A stretch of 63,281 nt of DNA, the filler included, from Octopus bimaculoides (lineage: Eukaryota), in the NCBI RefSeq assembly GCF_001194135.2. It is 4 parts of 4 records of this genome, joined end to end, with 100 filler letters (N's around TTAATTAATTAA, not from the genome) between each part and the next. Parts side by side here need not be neighbours in the genome. Positions count along the whole stretch, not along the records: positions 1 to 26,136 come from NC_068997.1; 3 more parts are not named here. One strand, given 5' to 3'. Positions 1 through 11,829 of the stretch are shown here, piece by piece. Position 1 is the stretch's first letter, and every line of letters starts with the position of its first letter. The position numbers and the translations under genes were made by a program. The notes under the pieces are model-generated. The model saw only the letters and a program-made list of their open reading frames with translations. It had not been told where the DNA came from and did not search any database.

Positions 1-10
1 GGGGGGGGGG

Positions 11-50
<40 letters not shown>

Positions 51-459
51 GGAGAGGCTTGTTGTGTGGGTGTGTTTAATATGTAGGAGAGCGTGTGAGT
101 ATTGTGTGTGTGTGTATTCGCGTATGTGTGTGTCTGCTGGCGTATGTTTGTTTGCGTGTGTGTGTGCATGCGAGTGTGTGTTTGTGTGTGTATGTGTTCA
201 TGTGTGTGTGTGTAAGCGAGTTATGAGTGTGAGATGGGTGTAGAGTATTTCAGGAGTGTGAAGTCCATAAGGACTAGGTGTGTGTGTGTGTGTGTGTGTG
301 TGAGNNNNNNNNNNNNNNNNNNNNNNNNNNNNNNNNNNNNNNNNNNNNNNNNNNNNNNNNNNNNNNNNNNNNNNNNNNNNNNNNNNNNNNNNNNNNNNNN
401 NNNNNNNNNNNNNNNNNNNNNNNNNNNNNNNNNNNNNNNNNNNNNNNNNNNNNNNNNNN

Positions 460-502
<43 letters not shown>

Positions 503-737
503 TGTCTCCTTGAACATATGGTGCGTTTGAGTGTATCAGTATGTATGCGTAAATGAGCGTATGTAAGTGTGTATGTGTGAGAGAGAGTGAGAGAGAGAAA
601 GACAGAGTAAGATTAAGGAAGACAGTGAAAGGGAAGAGCCCCATCTCCTTCTCCCACCCGACCCCTACAACCGAACACTCCACTCATCTACCCTCCATTC
701 CTTTACTCCTCCCCTCTCTCCTATTCTCCCCCCCCCC

Positions 738-890
738 GTCGTTACGTTCTGAGTTCAAATTCCGCCGACTTTGTCTTTCATCCTTTTGGGGTCAGTAACT
801 TAAGTACCAGTTAAACACTGGGGTCGATGTAATCGACGCGTCCCATCCTCTCCCCCCAAAATTTCATGCCTTGTGCCTATTATAGAAAGG
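738..890 (+). mobile_element. tRNA-derived SINE, family A (MetaSINE-like central domain), partial
   Basis: GTTCTGAGTTCAAATTCCGCCGA B box; TTTCATCCTTT.GGGGTC; tail CCCCAAAATTTC..GCCTTGTGCC. Confidence 0.75.
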
Positions 891-959
891 ATTATTATTA
901 TTATTATTAATGAGAAGGAAAAGAAGAAGAAGAAGAAGAAATATTTATCGATAGATACA

Positions 960-991
<32 letters not shown>

Positions 992-1432
992 ATTAAATAT
1001 AGACAGTTTACGAAAGAGTTACAAATGATTTCATGCTTTAGAGATACAATAATTTGCTTGATTTATGCAACAAGCCATGTATCTCTAAGGAATCTTTCAG
1101 CTTTAATTCATATCGTTAGATGTATTTTAAAATCAGGGCGCTGGTCTATGAGAAAAGATGTGGGGAAAAGAAAACACGCGAATATAAAAGGGAAAGAAAA
1201 AACGGGAAGAAAGTTGTTGCAAAACGTGGAACGAGAAAGGGAAGAAAAGCAAGAAAAGGGAGATTTTCGACCTCTTTATCTGTGAAAACCACAAGTAATT
1301 TAGCTCATATAGAATTATGTAACAGAGAGGAGGCCAAAATCTGCGAGATTTTTCCGGAGTATGCGACTCAGTCTTGAGAGGGTGGTGTGTTTCCAGTTCG
1401 AAAGAAGAAACATGCTCATGTGCTTACATTTG

Positions 1433-1467
<35 letters not shown>

Positions 1468-1879
1468 TATATAACTCTTCACAATTTCCTCCCCTTCTCT
1501 CTTCTCTCACTCCCTCGTTCTTTCTCCCCCCTCTCTCTCTCTCTCTCTATTGTATTCAGTATGGTTTATTTTAGTATTGTTAACCACACTTCAGTTTAAA
1601 GAAATAATTAAAACAAGTTGAATAAATTTAAATAAAAAGAAACGAGGATTTCTCATAAAACTCAAAGTTTTATAGAAAATGCATTTCTTTTCAAAGAATG
1701 TCTTTCTTCTCGCCATCTGGTGTCTGTTGAGATGGATCCTGAAGTAGGAAATTTGGTCGATTTCCTTGCTGAGACAAACCTTCACTACAAGACAACGTTG
1801 ACAACAACAACAACAGCAGTAGCAGCAACAACAACAACAATAGCAAACACAATAACAACAACGAAAATGGTTTCAAGTT

Positions 1880-2078
1880 TTGACAAAAAGCCAGCAACTT
1901 TGAGGGGAGGAGTTAGTCGATAACATCGACCCCCAGGGCTCAAGTGGTACTTATTTCATCGACCCGAAAAGATGAAAAGTAACATTGATGCCCGGCAGTG
2001 TTTGAACTCAGAACAGAGACGGACGAAATGCCGCTAAGCATTTTGTCCGGCATGCTAACGGTTCTGCCAGCTCACCCT
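1880..2078 (-). mobile_element. SINE family A
   Basis: Reverse complement of the GAGCTGGCAGAA..GTTAGCA...GAGTTCAAA consensus seen at 7139 and 16004. Confidence 0.8.
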
Positions 2079-2258
2079 CTTAACCGGAATAAATATTAAT
2101 TTTATATTTTTGGCACAAAGACAGCAAGTTGTACCTAGGACGTAATGGCGGAGTAAATGCCACTAAACATTTTGCCTGGTGAGCATACGATTCTGCTAAT
2201 CCGCTGTATTCATAATTCTTTAGCGGTTCCCCCCACCCATATATATATATATACATAT

Positions 2259-2299
<41 letters not shown>

Positions 2300-3611
2300 N
2301 NNNNNNNNNNNNNNNNNNNNNNNNNNNNNNNNNNNNNNNNNNNNNNNNNNNNNNNNNNNNNNNNNNNNNNNNNNNNNNNNNNNNNNNNNNNNNNNNNNNN
2401 NNNNNNNNNNNNNNNNNNNNNNNNNNNNNNNNNNNNNNNNNNNNNNNNNNNNNNNNNNNNNNNNNNNNNNNNNNNNNNNNNNNNNGTAAATAAAACTATT
2501 TCACACAAAAACAATATTTGAACGTCAGGTTATCTTGCTACATTAACGATGAAATCTAATTTGAATATTCTTTAGTGTTAAATGAGCCATAATATGATTA
2601 ATTTCGGCAAAAACCAATGCTTTAATCAAATAGAATCATTTATAAATAATAACCAATCAAATATCTGTAGCTTGTATAAATTAATGTTTCTGTTTTCCTT
2701 GTTGAGAGTTTATTCCTTGATGTGGCTTTCCCGTTCGTATCTGACACAAGGAGATTCTTGTTTTCTTTGTGAATGCATCAAGATCTTTCTGAAATTTTAT
2801 TTTTCTTTGTTTTATAAATTCCTCGAAAGCAGACGTATGATATATTTAGATTTTTCGCTACTTTTTCCACATCGTTTTGAAGTTTGCATCTTGAGACACG
2901 AAAAATCTGAATTGCTTTTTTGAACATTTAAGCAAAGATTTCGTCCAGCCCTTTGAGAGCGAAAGTAAAGAAAGAAAGGGGAACAAAAGTAAAGAAAGAA
3001 AGGGGAGCTTTCATTGTGAGAACATTTTCTGAAGATTCTTCGTATGTTTCAATTAATTTACAATGAATTAAATTCAAAAGTTTTAAGATGAAAAAATAGT
3101 AGATAGATTGTGAAAACACTAGCTACGCAAGACGTCAACAACCAAATTAACGAACAGACTGAAGCGACGAACAAGCAGTCACGCATCAGTTATCGATGTG
3201 TATTATTCTAATCAAACTTTCAAAGCGATCATTGTGAATATTAAACAGATATTTGATACCAATTAAGTTATAGTTTAAATTGAGCCTTTGACCACATGGC
3301 CACCAACCCCCGCTTACCGACCTGTATTTTGGCAGCAAACATTACAGAATGAAATGTTTATTAATGGACACAAAAGAACCACACAAGAACTTATTCAAAA
3401 AACAAATTGGCAAATCTAAAATATTTTATTAGCAATTTTTGGTCCGCTTTTTATCCTCTCAGCCCCACCCCTCACGAAAAATATCGCCTGGAAGAGAATA
3501 GTCAATTATATCGACCTCAGTACTTCCAATGTGTAGTGAATACCTCTTGCGCGAAGGTAAACATTATTTCCTTCGAACGGCCAGACTCCGACACGAACTC
3601 GCACCCACTAC

Positions 3612-3850
3612 TTTATTTTACGACTTTCTTACAAGGTTCCCTCCTCAAAATTCGTCATTATCAATTTCAACTCCGTCAACTTCATATACGTCATCGTCAG
3701 CTTCAAATTCCTTATTGTTAGTCCTGATTACGTTGTCGTCTATCTCGATTTCGTCACCGTCAACCTCAAATTCGTCATCATCAGCTTCAAATTCATTATC
3801 GCTAGACTCGAGTACGTTGTCGTTTATCTTGATTTCGTCAGCACCAAATT
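3612..3850 (-). repeat. Degenerate 84-bp tandem repeat reading as an acidic peptide on the - strand
   Basis: DEIKINDNVLESSDNEFEADDDEFEVDG followed by DEIEIDDNVIRTNNKEFEADDDVYEVDG. Confidence 0.7.
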
Positions 3851-4108
3851 AAATGTCATCGCTTTAGAATGAAGACACATTGACGAGATTGAAGTTGACC
3901 ATGTCAAATTTGAGGGAAAACCTTGTAATTATTACCGAATAACCAATATATTCTTCATGCAGTTCTAATCAGTAGTAATTCATTTCTACAGTCTGCTTTT
4001 TGTCAAGAAGATTGGACCTTTGTAGATATTTGCAATTATTCTTGTAGTTACTGTTGTAATCCTTATTATTTCTGTAGTTATTATTTTTGTTGTCGTTGTT
4101 ATTGTTAG

Positions 4109-4215
4109 GTTCACATATGAAGTGGCTCCTGTTTTCACTTTGATGGAAGCAGTTGTGCTGGAAAGGATGAGGCATATCGTGGGTTGGAAAGACGGAGATG
4201 GAATATTTTCCCCAG
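4109..4215 (+). CDS. GAD: Glutamate decarboxylase (group II PLP-dependent decarboxylase), internal exon
   Basis: Acceptor ttgttag and donor CAG|gtacgt; 107 nt. Translation (x)[35 protein letters not shown](G) matches the GAD motif NTNMFTYEIAPVF...GDGIFSPG. Intron phases 2 and 1 match those recalled for vertebrate GAD. FTYE and FSPGGA favour GAD over CSAD/GADL1 (YTYE, FCPGGS). Confidence 0.93.
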
Positions 4216-4454
4216 GTACGTTACATTTAAAATCTAAACTAGAAAGTCACCTGTCAGAAGACGGATAATGTTGTTATATATATATATATATATGAATGTA
4301 TGTATATGAACTTGTACATATACGTGTGTGTGTATATATATAGATATATGTATATATATGCATATATATGTATATATGTGTGTATATATATATGTATATA
4401 TATATATGTGTGTGTATATGTGTGTGTGTATATATATGTATATATATGCATATA

Positions 4455-4543
<89 letters not shown>

Positions 4544-4739
4544 CACTGAATCAATTGTAAAGCATGAAATCTTAAATATTCTTTCTCTTATTACATAGAA
4601 TGTCTTGCGTGTGTATGTATGTGTACATACACGTATTATGCATGTGTATGTGAATGAGAGGGTGAGAGAGAGAGAGATAGAGAGAGAGTTACCATTTCTT
4701 TTTTCTGAAACACTGTTTTATTTTCCATCACCACAACAG

Positions 4740-4855
4740 GTGGAGCCATATCAAATCTTTACGGCGTCTTAACTGCCAGGCATTACGCATGCCCAGATAT
4801 CAAACAGAAAGGCTTACTTGGAAAGAAACAACTGGTGCTTTTCACTTCAGAACAG
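4740..4855 (+). CDS. GAD: Glutamate decarboxylase, next internal exon
   Basis: Acceptor acaacag and donor CAG|gtttgt; 116 nt, phase-compatible with the previous exon. Translation (G)GAISNLYGVLTARHYACPDIKQKGLLGKKQLVLFTSEQ matches GAD GAISNMY...LVLFTSEQ. Confidence 0.93.
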
Positions 4856-5029
4856 GTTTGTGCTGTTTCCTTTTCGGTTTTTCCATTCAAAGTTCAAATA
4901 ATTCAGATTCTGCGGCTGATTGGTGATGTTCTCCATCGGAGAACCAGGTGAGTTACGGACAGCCGCTACCTGTTGGCCGTTAATAACAACACGAGGAGTT
5001 TTTTCGGCTATAGTAAACGATGTTACTCA

Positions 5030-5321
5030 TCCTCCCTCGTCCTCTTCCTCATCCCCTTCATCTCCATCATCACCGTCGTCTTCAGCATCATCATTATCAT
5101 CATCGTTGTCGTCCATCGGCATTATCAACGTCAGCATTATCATGATGATCGCTATCGTCATTAACATAGCTATCATCATCATCATCATCATCATCATCCT
5201 CACTATCATAATTATTGTTATCATCATCATCATCGTCATCATAATCATCACCATCATCATCATCCTCACTATCGTAATTATTGTTATCATCATCATCGTC
5301 GTCATCATCATCATCATCATC

Positions 5322-5352
<31 letters not shown>

Positions 5353-5368
5353 TCATCATCATCATCGC
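5030..5368. repeat. (CAT)n-rich microsatellite
   Basis: Imperfect trinucleotide array; source of the poly-I/M/D/S ORFs. Confidence 0.97.
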
Positions 5369-5382
5369 CATCCAGAATCTTT

Positions 5383-5690
5383 AGAGCTTCGGTAAAAATA
5401 CCTATTGGTATTTCTTCCGAACGTTCTGAGTCCAAATTCTGCCGAGGCCAAGTTTACCTGTCGTTCTTCTGGTACCGATAAAATGAAGTACCAGTAACGT
5501 ACTCGGGTCTACAATATCAACTAACTCTTTTCCCACAAAAATTTCAGGTTTTGTAAGCAATTTTTTTTATAATAAATTTTTTATTTTTTATTTTTATTAT
5601 TTATATGGGTTATAAGGCGGCGAGCTGGCAGAATTGTTAGCACGCCGGATAAAATGCTTAACGACATTTCTCCTGGGTTGACGTTCTGAA
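5383..5690 (+). mobile_element. Two partial SINE family A copies
   Basis: 5383-5555 body and tail; 5616-5690 head GGCGGCGAGCTGGCAGAATTGTTAGCACGCCG. Confidence 0.7.
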
Positions 5691-5874
5691 TAAGTGTAAC
5701 AAATGCAAAGTTTGAAGGAAACATTAGCCGTTTTTCATACTTTCTACGAACAAGCAAATCGGAAAGAACAGTCGCTACTCATAGACCAAAATCGTGTTAC
5801 ACAGTGTTATACATAAGGTACTAAACAAACGTACATTCTGCAAAACACGCTTACACCCTATTAGTAATTATACG

Positions 5875-6230
5875 TGCTACTAAACAAACATACATGATGC
5901 AAGACACACATATATGCTACTTCAAAGCAACCACTGATGCCGCTTCTAAGCAATCATACATACTGCTAAACAAACAAGCATACTGCTGATCAAAAGTACA
6001 TGTGGCTAGACAATCACACAGGAAACTAAACATGCATACATGGTACCTCTGAGCAATTATACATCCTACTAAACAAATATACATGCAGCAAGACACACAT
6101 ACATGCTACTTCAAAGCAATCATTGATGCTGCTTCTAAGCAATCATACATACTGCTAAACAAACAAGCATACTGCTGATCAAAAGTACATGTGGCTAGAC
6201 AATCACACAGGAAACTAAACATGCATACAT
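5875..6230. repeat. About 189-bp tandem repeat running into a gap
   Basis: GCTACTTCAAAGCAA at 5916 and 6105; internal sub-repeat CT(A/G)CTAAACAAA. Confidence 0.88.
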
Positions 6231-7138
6231 NNNNNNNNNNNNNNNNNNNNNNNNNNNNNNNNNNNNNNNNNNNNNNNNNNNNNNNNNNNNNNNNNNNNNN
6301 NNNNNNNNNNNNNNNNNNNNNNNNNNNNNNNNNNNNNNNNNNNNNNNNNNNNNNNNNNNNNNNNNNNNNNNNNNNNNNNNNNNNNNNNNNNNNNNNNNNN
6401 NNNNNNNNNNNNNNNNNNNNNNNNNNNNNNNNNNNNNNNNNNNNNNNNNNNNNNNNNNNNNNNNNNNNNNNNNNNNNNNNNNNNNNNNNNNNNNNNNNNN
6501 NNNNNNNNNNNNNNNNNNNNNNNNNNNNNNNNNNNNNNNNNNNNNNNNNNNNNNNNNNNNNNNNNNNNNNNNNNNNNNNNNNNNNNNNNNNNNNNNNNNN
6601 NNNNNNNNNNNNNNNNNNNNNNNNNNNNNNNNNNNNNNNNNNNNNNNNNNNNNNNNNNNNNNNNNNNNNNNNNNNNNNNNNNNNNNNNNNNNNNNNNNNN
6701 NNNNNNNNNNNNNNNNNNNNNNNNNNNNNNNNNNNNNNNNNNNNNNNNNNNNNNNNNNNNNNNNNNNNNNNNNNNNNNNNNNNNNNNNNNNNNNNNNNNN
6801 NNNNNNNNNNNNNNNNNNNNNNNNNNNNNNNNNNNNNNNNNNNNNNNNNNNNNNNNNNNNNNNNNNNNNNNNNNNNNNNNNNNNNNNNNNNNNNNNNNNN
6901 NNNNNNNNNNNNNTTCTACGAACAAGCAAATCGGAAAGAACAGTCGCTACTCATAGACCAAAATCGTGTTACACAGTGTTATACATAAGGTACTAAACAA
7001 ACGTACATTCTGCAAAACACGCTTACACCCTATTAGTAATTATACGTGCTACTAAACAAACAGACAGGCTGGTAAACAACCATCCATTCTATTAAAGAAG
7101 CATACATGCTGTTAAGCAATAATATTCCGTGCATTTCA

Positions 7139-7356
7139 AGGCGGTGAGCTGGCAGAAACGTTAGCATACCGGGCGAAATGCTTAGCGGTATTTCGCTTTG
7201 TCTTTACGTTCTGGGTTCAAATTCCGCCGAGGTCGACTTTGCCTTTCATCCTTTCGGGGGTCGATAAATTAAGTACCAGTTGCGTACTGGGGTTGATTTA
7301 ATCGACTGGTCCCTCCCGCAAAAATATTTTGGGCCCTGAGCTTAGAGTAGAAAAGA
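7139..7356 (+). mobile_element. SINE family A, full length
   Basis: GGCGGTGAGCTGGCAGAAACGTTAGC...GGTTCAAATTCCGCCGAGGTCGACTTTGCCTTTCATCCTTTCGGGGGTCGATAAATTAAGTACC...AGTAGAAAAGAA. Confidence 0.9.
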
Positions 7357-7684
7357 ACAATATATGCCACAAAACAAATATGTATACAGTAAGACAAACA
7401 TAGATGCTACTGCTAAACTGGAATGTGTATGTTTAAAGAAATGGTATATGATACTAAACATACACACATGTTACATCTAAACAAATACGAACGCTACAAA
7501 AAGGCGAGCATGCTGTTAAACAAGCATCCATGTTGCTGAAGGAACTTATGTGCTGTTCGTAAACGAGAAAACATATTATTGAATATGTGTTGGAAAGGAG
7601 TTAGGAGAGGGATGGAGAGAAGGAGGTGGGAGTTAGTGATATAAATAGATATGTAGATGTGTATGTATGTATATATATATATAG

Positions 7685-7739
<55 letters not shown>

Positions 7740-7801
7740 GTGAGATGTGGAGAGAAAATAGATTTGCAGATATAAAGAGACAGAGAAAGATGTAGGCAGA
7801 T

Positions 7802-7832
<31 letters not shown>

Positions 7833-8099
7833 GGATAGATATGGCTCTGCGTTTCCAGAAGGCAGCTGTTATTTACCATCACTATTATAGAATCTGAAGG
7901 CGTTTCTTCCAATCTTCCAGTTGGTAATGGTCTCATTGTTTATGACAAATATTGTCATAAACAACTTCTTTATATACAAACATAAATACATACATACACA
8001 CATATATGCACACACACACACACACGATTTTTTATGACAAATATTGCTATTTTCCTTCTTTATATACATCAATCGGATTGTTTTCAGCCAAACAGATAC

Positions 8100-8132
<33 letters not shown>

Positions 8133-9320
8133 TACTAGTCTTATTTTTATCACGTGCTTTCACTGCACTACTAAGTGCAGCTCTGTGTGCCTTGGATATG
8201 TGCTGTGGTTTGTTGTAGTGCTCTTATTTTCACTGTATTAAAAGTGTTTTACGCAGCATGTGTTCGGTGCCTAGTAGTGCTATTTTCGTTATGTTATATA
8301 TACTTTTAAGTCCTAGAGTTTTTGTTATGTATTTGTCTTAATGTCTTTTTTTTTTATCATACCTAATGCGTCTACTATGACAGGAATTGTTTCTGGTTTT
8401 AAGCTCCACATTTTAGTTATCTCTGTTTCCAAATATTTGTATTTTGAAAGTTTCTCCGATTCTTGTAGAAAAACAATGTCATCTGTTGGCATTGATACAT
8501 CGAATAGAAAGCGTGTTTTTCTTGATGATCTCTGACAACTATATCCGGCCTATTGGCCTTAATTTCTCTATCCGTGTGTATTGGTATATCCCAGAGCATG
8601 GGTGCTTTCTCATTTTCTGTGACCTTTTCTGGCGTGTGCCTAAACCATCTTTTTCTGTTGATATTCCATAGTGTTCGCATAGCTTCCAGTGTATATAGGT
8701 TCCAACTCTGTCATATCTGTGAATATATTACTTCTTAGCCAGGACTGGGCAGCCAGAGACAATACGATTTATTGTTTCTTTTCCATCTCCACATATTCTG
8801 CAGTTACTTGTATTTCTTTTGTTGTGTTTTTGATGATTTCTGGTAGGGAGGCTTTGATCTTGTGCAGCAATTAAAAATCCTTCAGTCTCAGCTTTGAGTC
8901 CTGAGCATCTCAGCCATTGTTGAGATTTTGCTTTGTCTAATTCTTTTCTGTTTAGTTTAGCCCAGTATTTGCCATGAAAGGGCTTTTCTTGCCATCGTTT
9001 TATCATGATCCATTGCTGTTCCAGTTTTAGTTTGGATTTCAGTCGTTTTACAGCTTTTGTTGTTTCTTCTTCTTCTTCTTCGTATTTGTTAGGTACTATG
9101 ACTTCATTTTTTGTATTTGTCAGCTTTCTTAAAGAATGAAAACAGTTTTTTGTTTTGTTCGTGTTTTGTGACTATTTGTATTAGTTTTCCTTGCTTCTGA
9201 AGCAGATATTTGTGAAGTCCTATGGTGGTTATTTTGTAATAGTTTTCTAGCTGTATAAGGCCTCTACCACCTTCAGTATGTTGCATATATAACCTTTCTA
9301 TAACCTTTGTTTATATAACC

Positions 9321-9323
<3 letters not shown>
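8133..9323 (-). mobile_element. 5'-truncated, frameshifted R4/Dong-clade non-LTR retrotransposon (restriction-like endonuclease type)
   Basis: - strand pieces: ERLYMQHTEGGRGL, KAETEGFLIAAQDQSLPTRN, CRICGDGKETINRIVSGC (zinc knuckle), WDIPIHTDREIKANRPDIVV (PD-D-xK), KIALLGTEHMLRKTLLIQ*. A short 3' UTR follows. (TAA)n arrays flank both ends. Confidence 0.88.
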
Positions 9324-9372
<49 letters not shown>

Positions 9373-10159
9373 AGCTATTACATACTATATTAGTTTACAG
9401 AGATGTTGTCTTCCAATTTGATTACAACAAACCTCCTAAAACCTCAAGAATCTTTCGCTCAATAAACACTCACAACGCCTGGTCTGGGAATCGAAACTGC
9501 AACCCTAACCACTGGGCCATTGCGCCTCTACGGTTGAGAAATACTACGTGATACATTCAGTTCTTCCTGATATAAAAAGACCATTAACACAACTACACAC
9601 ACCANNNNNNNNNNNNNNNNNNNNNNNNNNNNNNNNNNNNNNNNNNNNNNNNNNNNNNNNNNNNNNNNNNNNNNNNNNNNNNNNNNNNNNNNNNNNNNNN
9701 NNNNTACGCTCTTCCACAGAAAGGAACACAGAAAGAAACAAGGAGAGAAATGAAATACTTCTTTCTTTTAACGAATTCCACGTAAATGCAAGGTTTTCAA
9801 CAAACGCATTATTTCCATAACGCGAATATACCTACATATAAGCTCTTAAAATTACGAAATACAAAAATAAGAAAAAAATAAAAAAGTGAAGAACAAAATT
9901 TACAGAAAAATAAGTTATTTATTGTGGTATTAATTAATTTAGAACGATATAAAAGTAATTAATTTGTATCTTTGGAGGTTTCGGACGGAATGTCAGCAAC
10001 AATCAGCTCCCAAAAATCTGGCCTGCAACAGAGAATCATAAAAGGGGTCACATTAATTATGATTTCAAATTTTGGCACAAGGCCGGCAATTTCTGGGAAG
10101 GAGGTTAAGTCAATTACATCGACCCCAGAAGAATAAAAAGGTAAAGTCGTCTACGACGG

Positions 10160-10440
10160 AATTTAAACTCAAGAAGTCAAGTAAGGGTTTACATTAATTT
10201 AAACTCAGGAAGTCAAGTTGGGAGTCACATTAATTTAAACTCAGGGAGTCAAGTAAGGAGTCACATTAATTTAAACTCAGGGAATCACGTAAGGAGTCAC
10301 ATTAATTTAAACCCAGGGAGTCAAGTAATGAGTCAATTAATTTAAACCCAGGGAGTCAAGTAAGGAGTAACATTAATTTAAACTCAGGGAATCAATTAAG
10401 GAGTCACATTAAATTAAACTCAGGGAGTCAAGTAAGGAGT
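10160..10440. repeat. 36-bp minisatellite, about 8 copies
   Basis: Unit AATTTAAACTCAGGGAGTCAAGTAAGGAGTCACATT; begins at the B box of a - strand SINE remnant (10062-10172). Confidence 0.92.
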
Positions 10441-10686
10441 TTTCTGTTTTAAAACCCACAGAAAATTAATTTTGAGTGGTTTTTGGAGGGCTGGAACGGG
10501 TTAATAATATTTTAGTTAATTTCAATGGCGAAAATTGATTTGTAAAACGAGTAAACCGTAAGACGAGTTGGGTCATGGAACGAATTGAACTTTTATTGCG
10601 AGGTATCACTGTATTTACAAACACCGGGGACTCACTTAACTCAAAAAGTCTCGTCATTTTATTGGTAACTGGTTTGAACTCTAAAG

Positions 10687-10905
10687 CAGGGGTTTATACA
10701 TAAATATTTGCTTAAAATAACATATATTTTTACATTTATTTACTTAACAGTATTTAACAAATAGGTTTATTGTCAATTAAAAGATTTCGATTAAAAAACA
10801 TATATAAAATCAAATTACTCATAAAAAGTATTTGCTGTCCACGGACCCCCTGTCTTGTCCTTGCGGACCCCCTGTGGTCCGCGGACCACAGTTTGAAAAC
10901 CCCTG
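10687..10905. mobile_element. hAT (Charlie-like) MITE with perfect 8-bp TSD
   Basis: TIR CAGGGGTTT...AAACCCCTG; TSD CTCTAAAG at 10679-10686 and 10906-10913. Confidence 0.88.
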
Positions 10906-11299
10906 CTCTAAAGGACTTAATAAAACTCAAAGAAAAAAAAAACATTCATACACACACACACATATACATACATATATAAACATTCACATATATACATACA
11001 TATAAATGAACATTACTTACTCTTTTGGGTGCGTTCGGCCACCCATTTTCCAAACTTCAGTTAAGGACGGTTTGTAGTTTCCTTTCGAATGTTGAATGAG
11101 TTCATCCCAAGTTAAGTCACTCTGTAGAAAGAGGTGGAACGATGCATCGGAGACATAATCTTTTACCAAACTGCATCTAAAATAAATAATAAAACTTGAG
11201 ACTCTTAGGAAATAGTAGAAAGTTGGCCGGTGTTATAAACAACATGGTTGATTTTCACAAAGCTATAGACCGGATAATTATATAAAGATGTTATGTTAT

Positions 11300-11682
11300 G
11301 TTGGCACTCCGTCGCTTACGACGTCGAGGGTTTCAGTTGCTCCGATCAACGGAACAGCCTGCTCGTGAAATTAACGTGCAAGTGGCTGAGTACTCCACAG
11401 ACACGTGTACCCTTAACGTAGTTCTCGGGAATATTCAGCGTGACACAGAGTGTGACAAGGTTGGCCCTTTGAAATACAGGCACAACAGAAACAGGAAGTA
11501 AGAGAGGGTAAAAGTTGTGGTGAATGAGTACAGCAGGGTTCGCCACCATCCCCTGCCGGAGCCTCGTGGAGCTTTAGGCGTTTTCGCTCAATAAACACTC
11601 ACAACGCCCGGTCTGGGAATCGAAACCGCGATCCTATGACTGCTAGTCCGCTGCTCTAACCACTGGGCCATTGCACCTCCAC
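11300..11682 (-). mobile_element. SINE family C, full length
   Basis: + strand TTGGCACTCCGTCG.TTACGACG...GGGAATCGAAACCGCGATCC...TAACCACTGGGCCATTGC.CCTCC; a tRNA-like head lies at the right end. Confidence 0.88.
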
Positions 11683-11829
11683 AAAGAAAGAGATATCAAA
11701 TAACAAAATAACTCACTCGTATAGAAATTTTTGAAGCCCTTTCATCCGATGAGCAATGCAGTCTTCATCAAATTTCTCATTGAAATATAAATGTCTGGGT
11801 AACTTGGAAGGTTTGCTGCAACAATAAAA

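Noticed and set aside
1720-1800. VSVEMDPEVGNLVDFLAETNLHY as an upstream GAD exon
   Set aside because: No match to GAD N-terminal motifs, and it runs into an (AAC)n repeat and a SINE.
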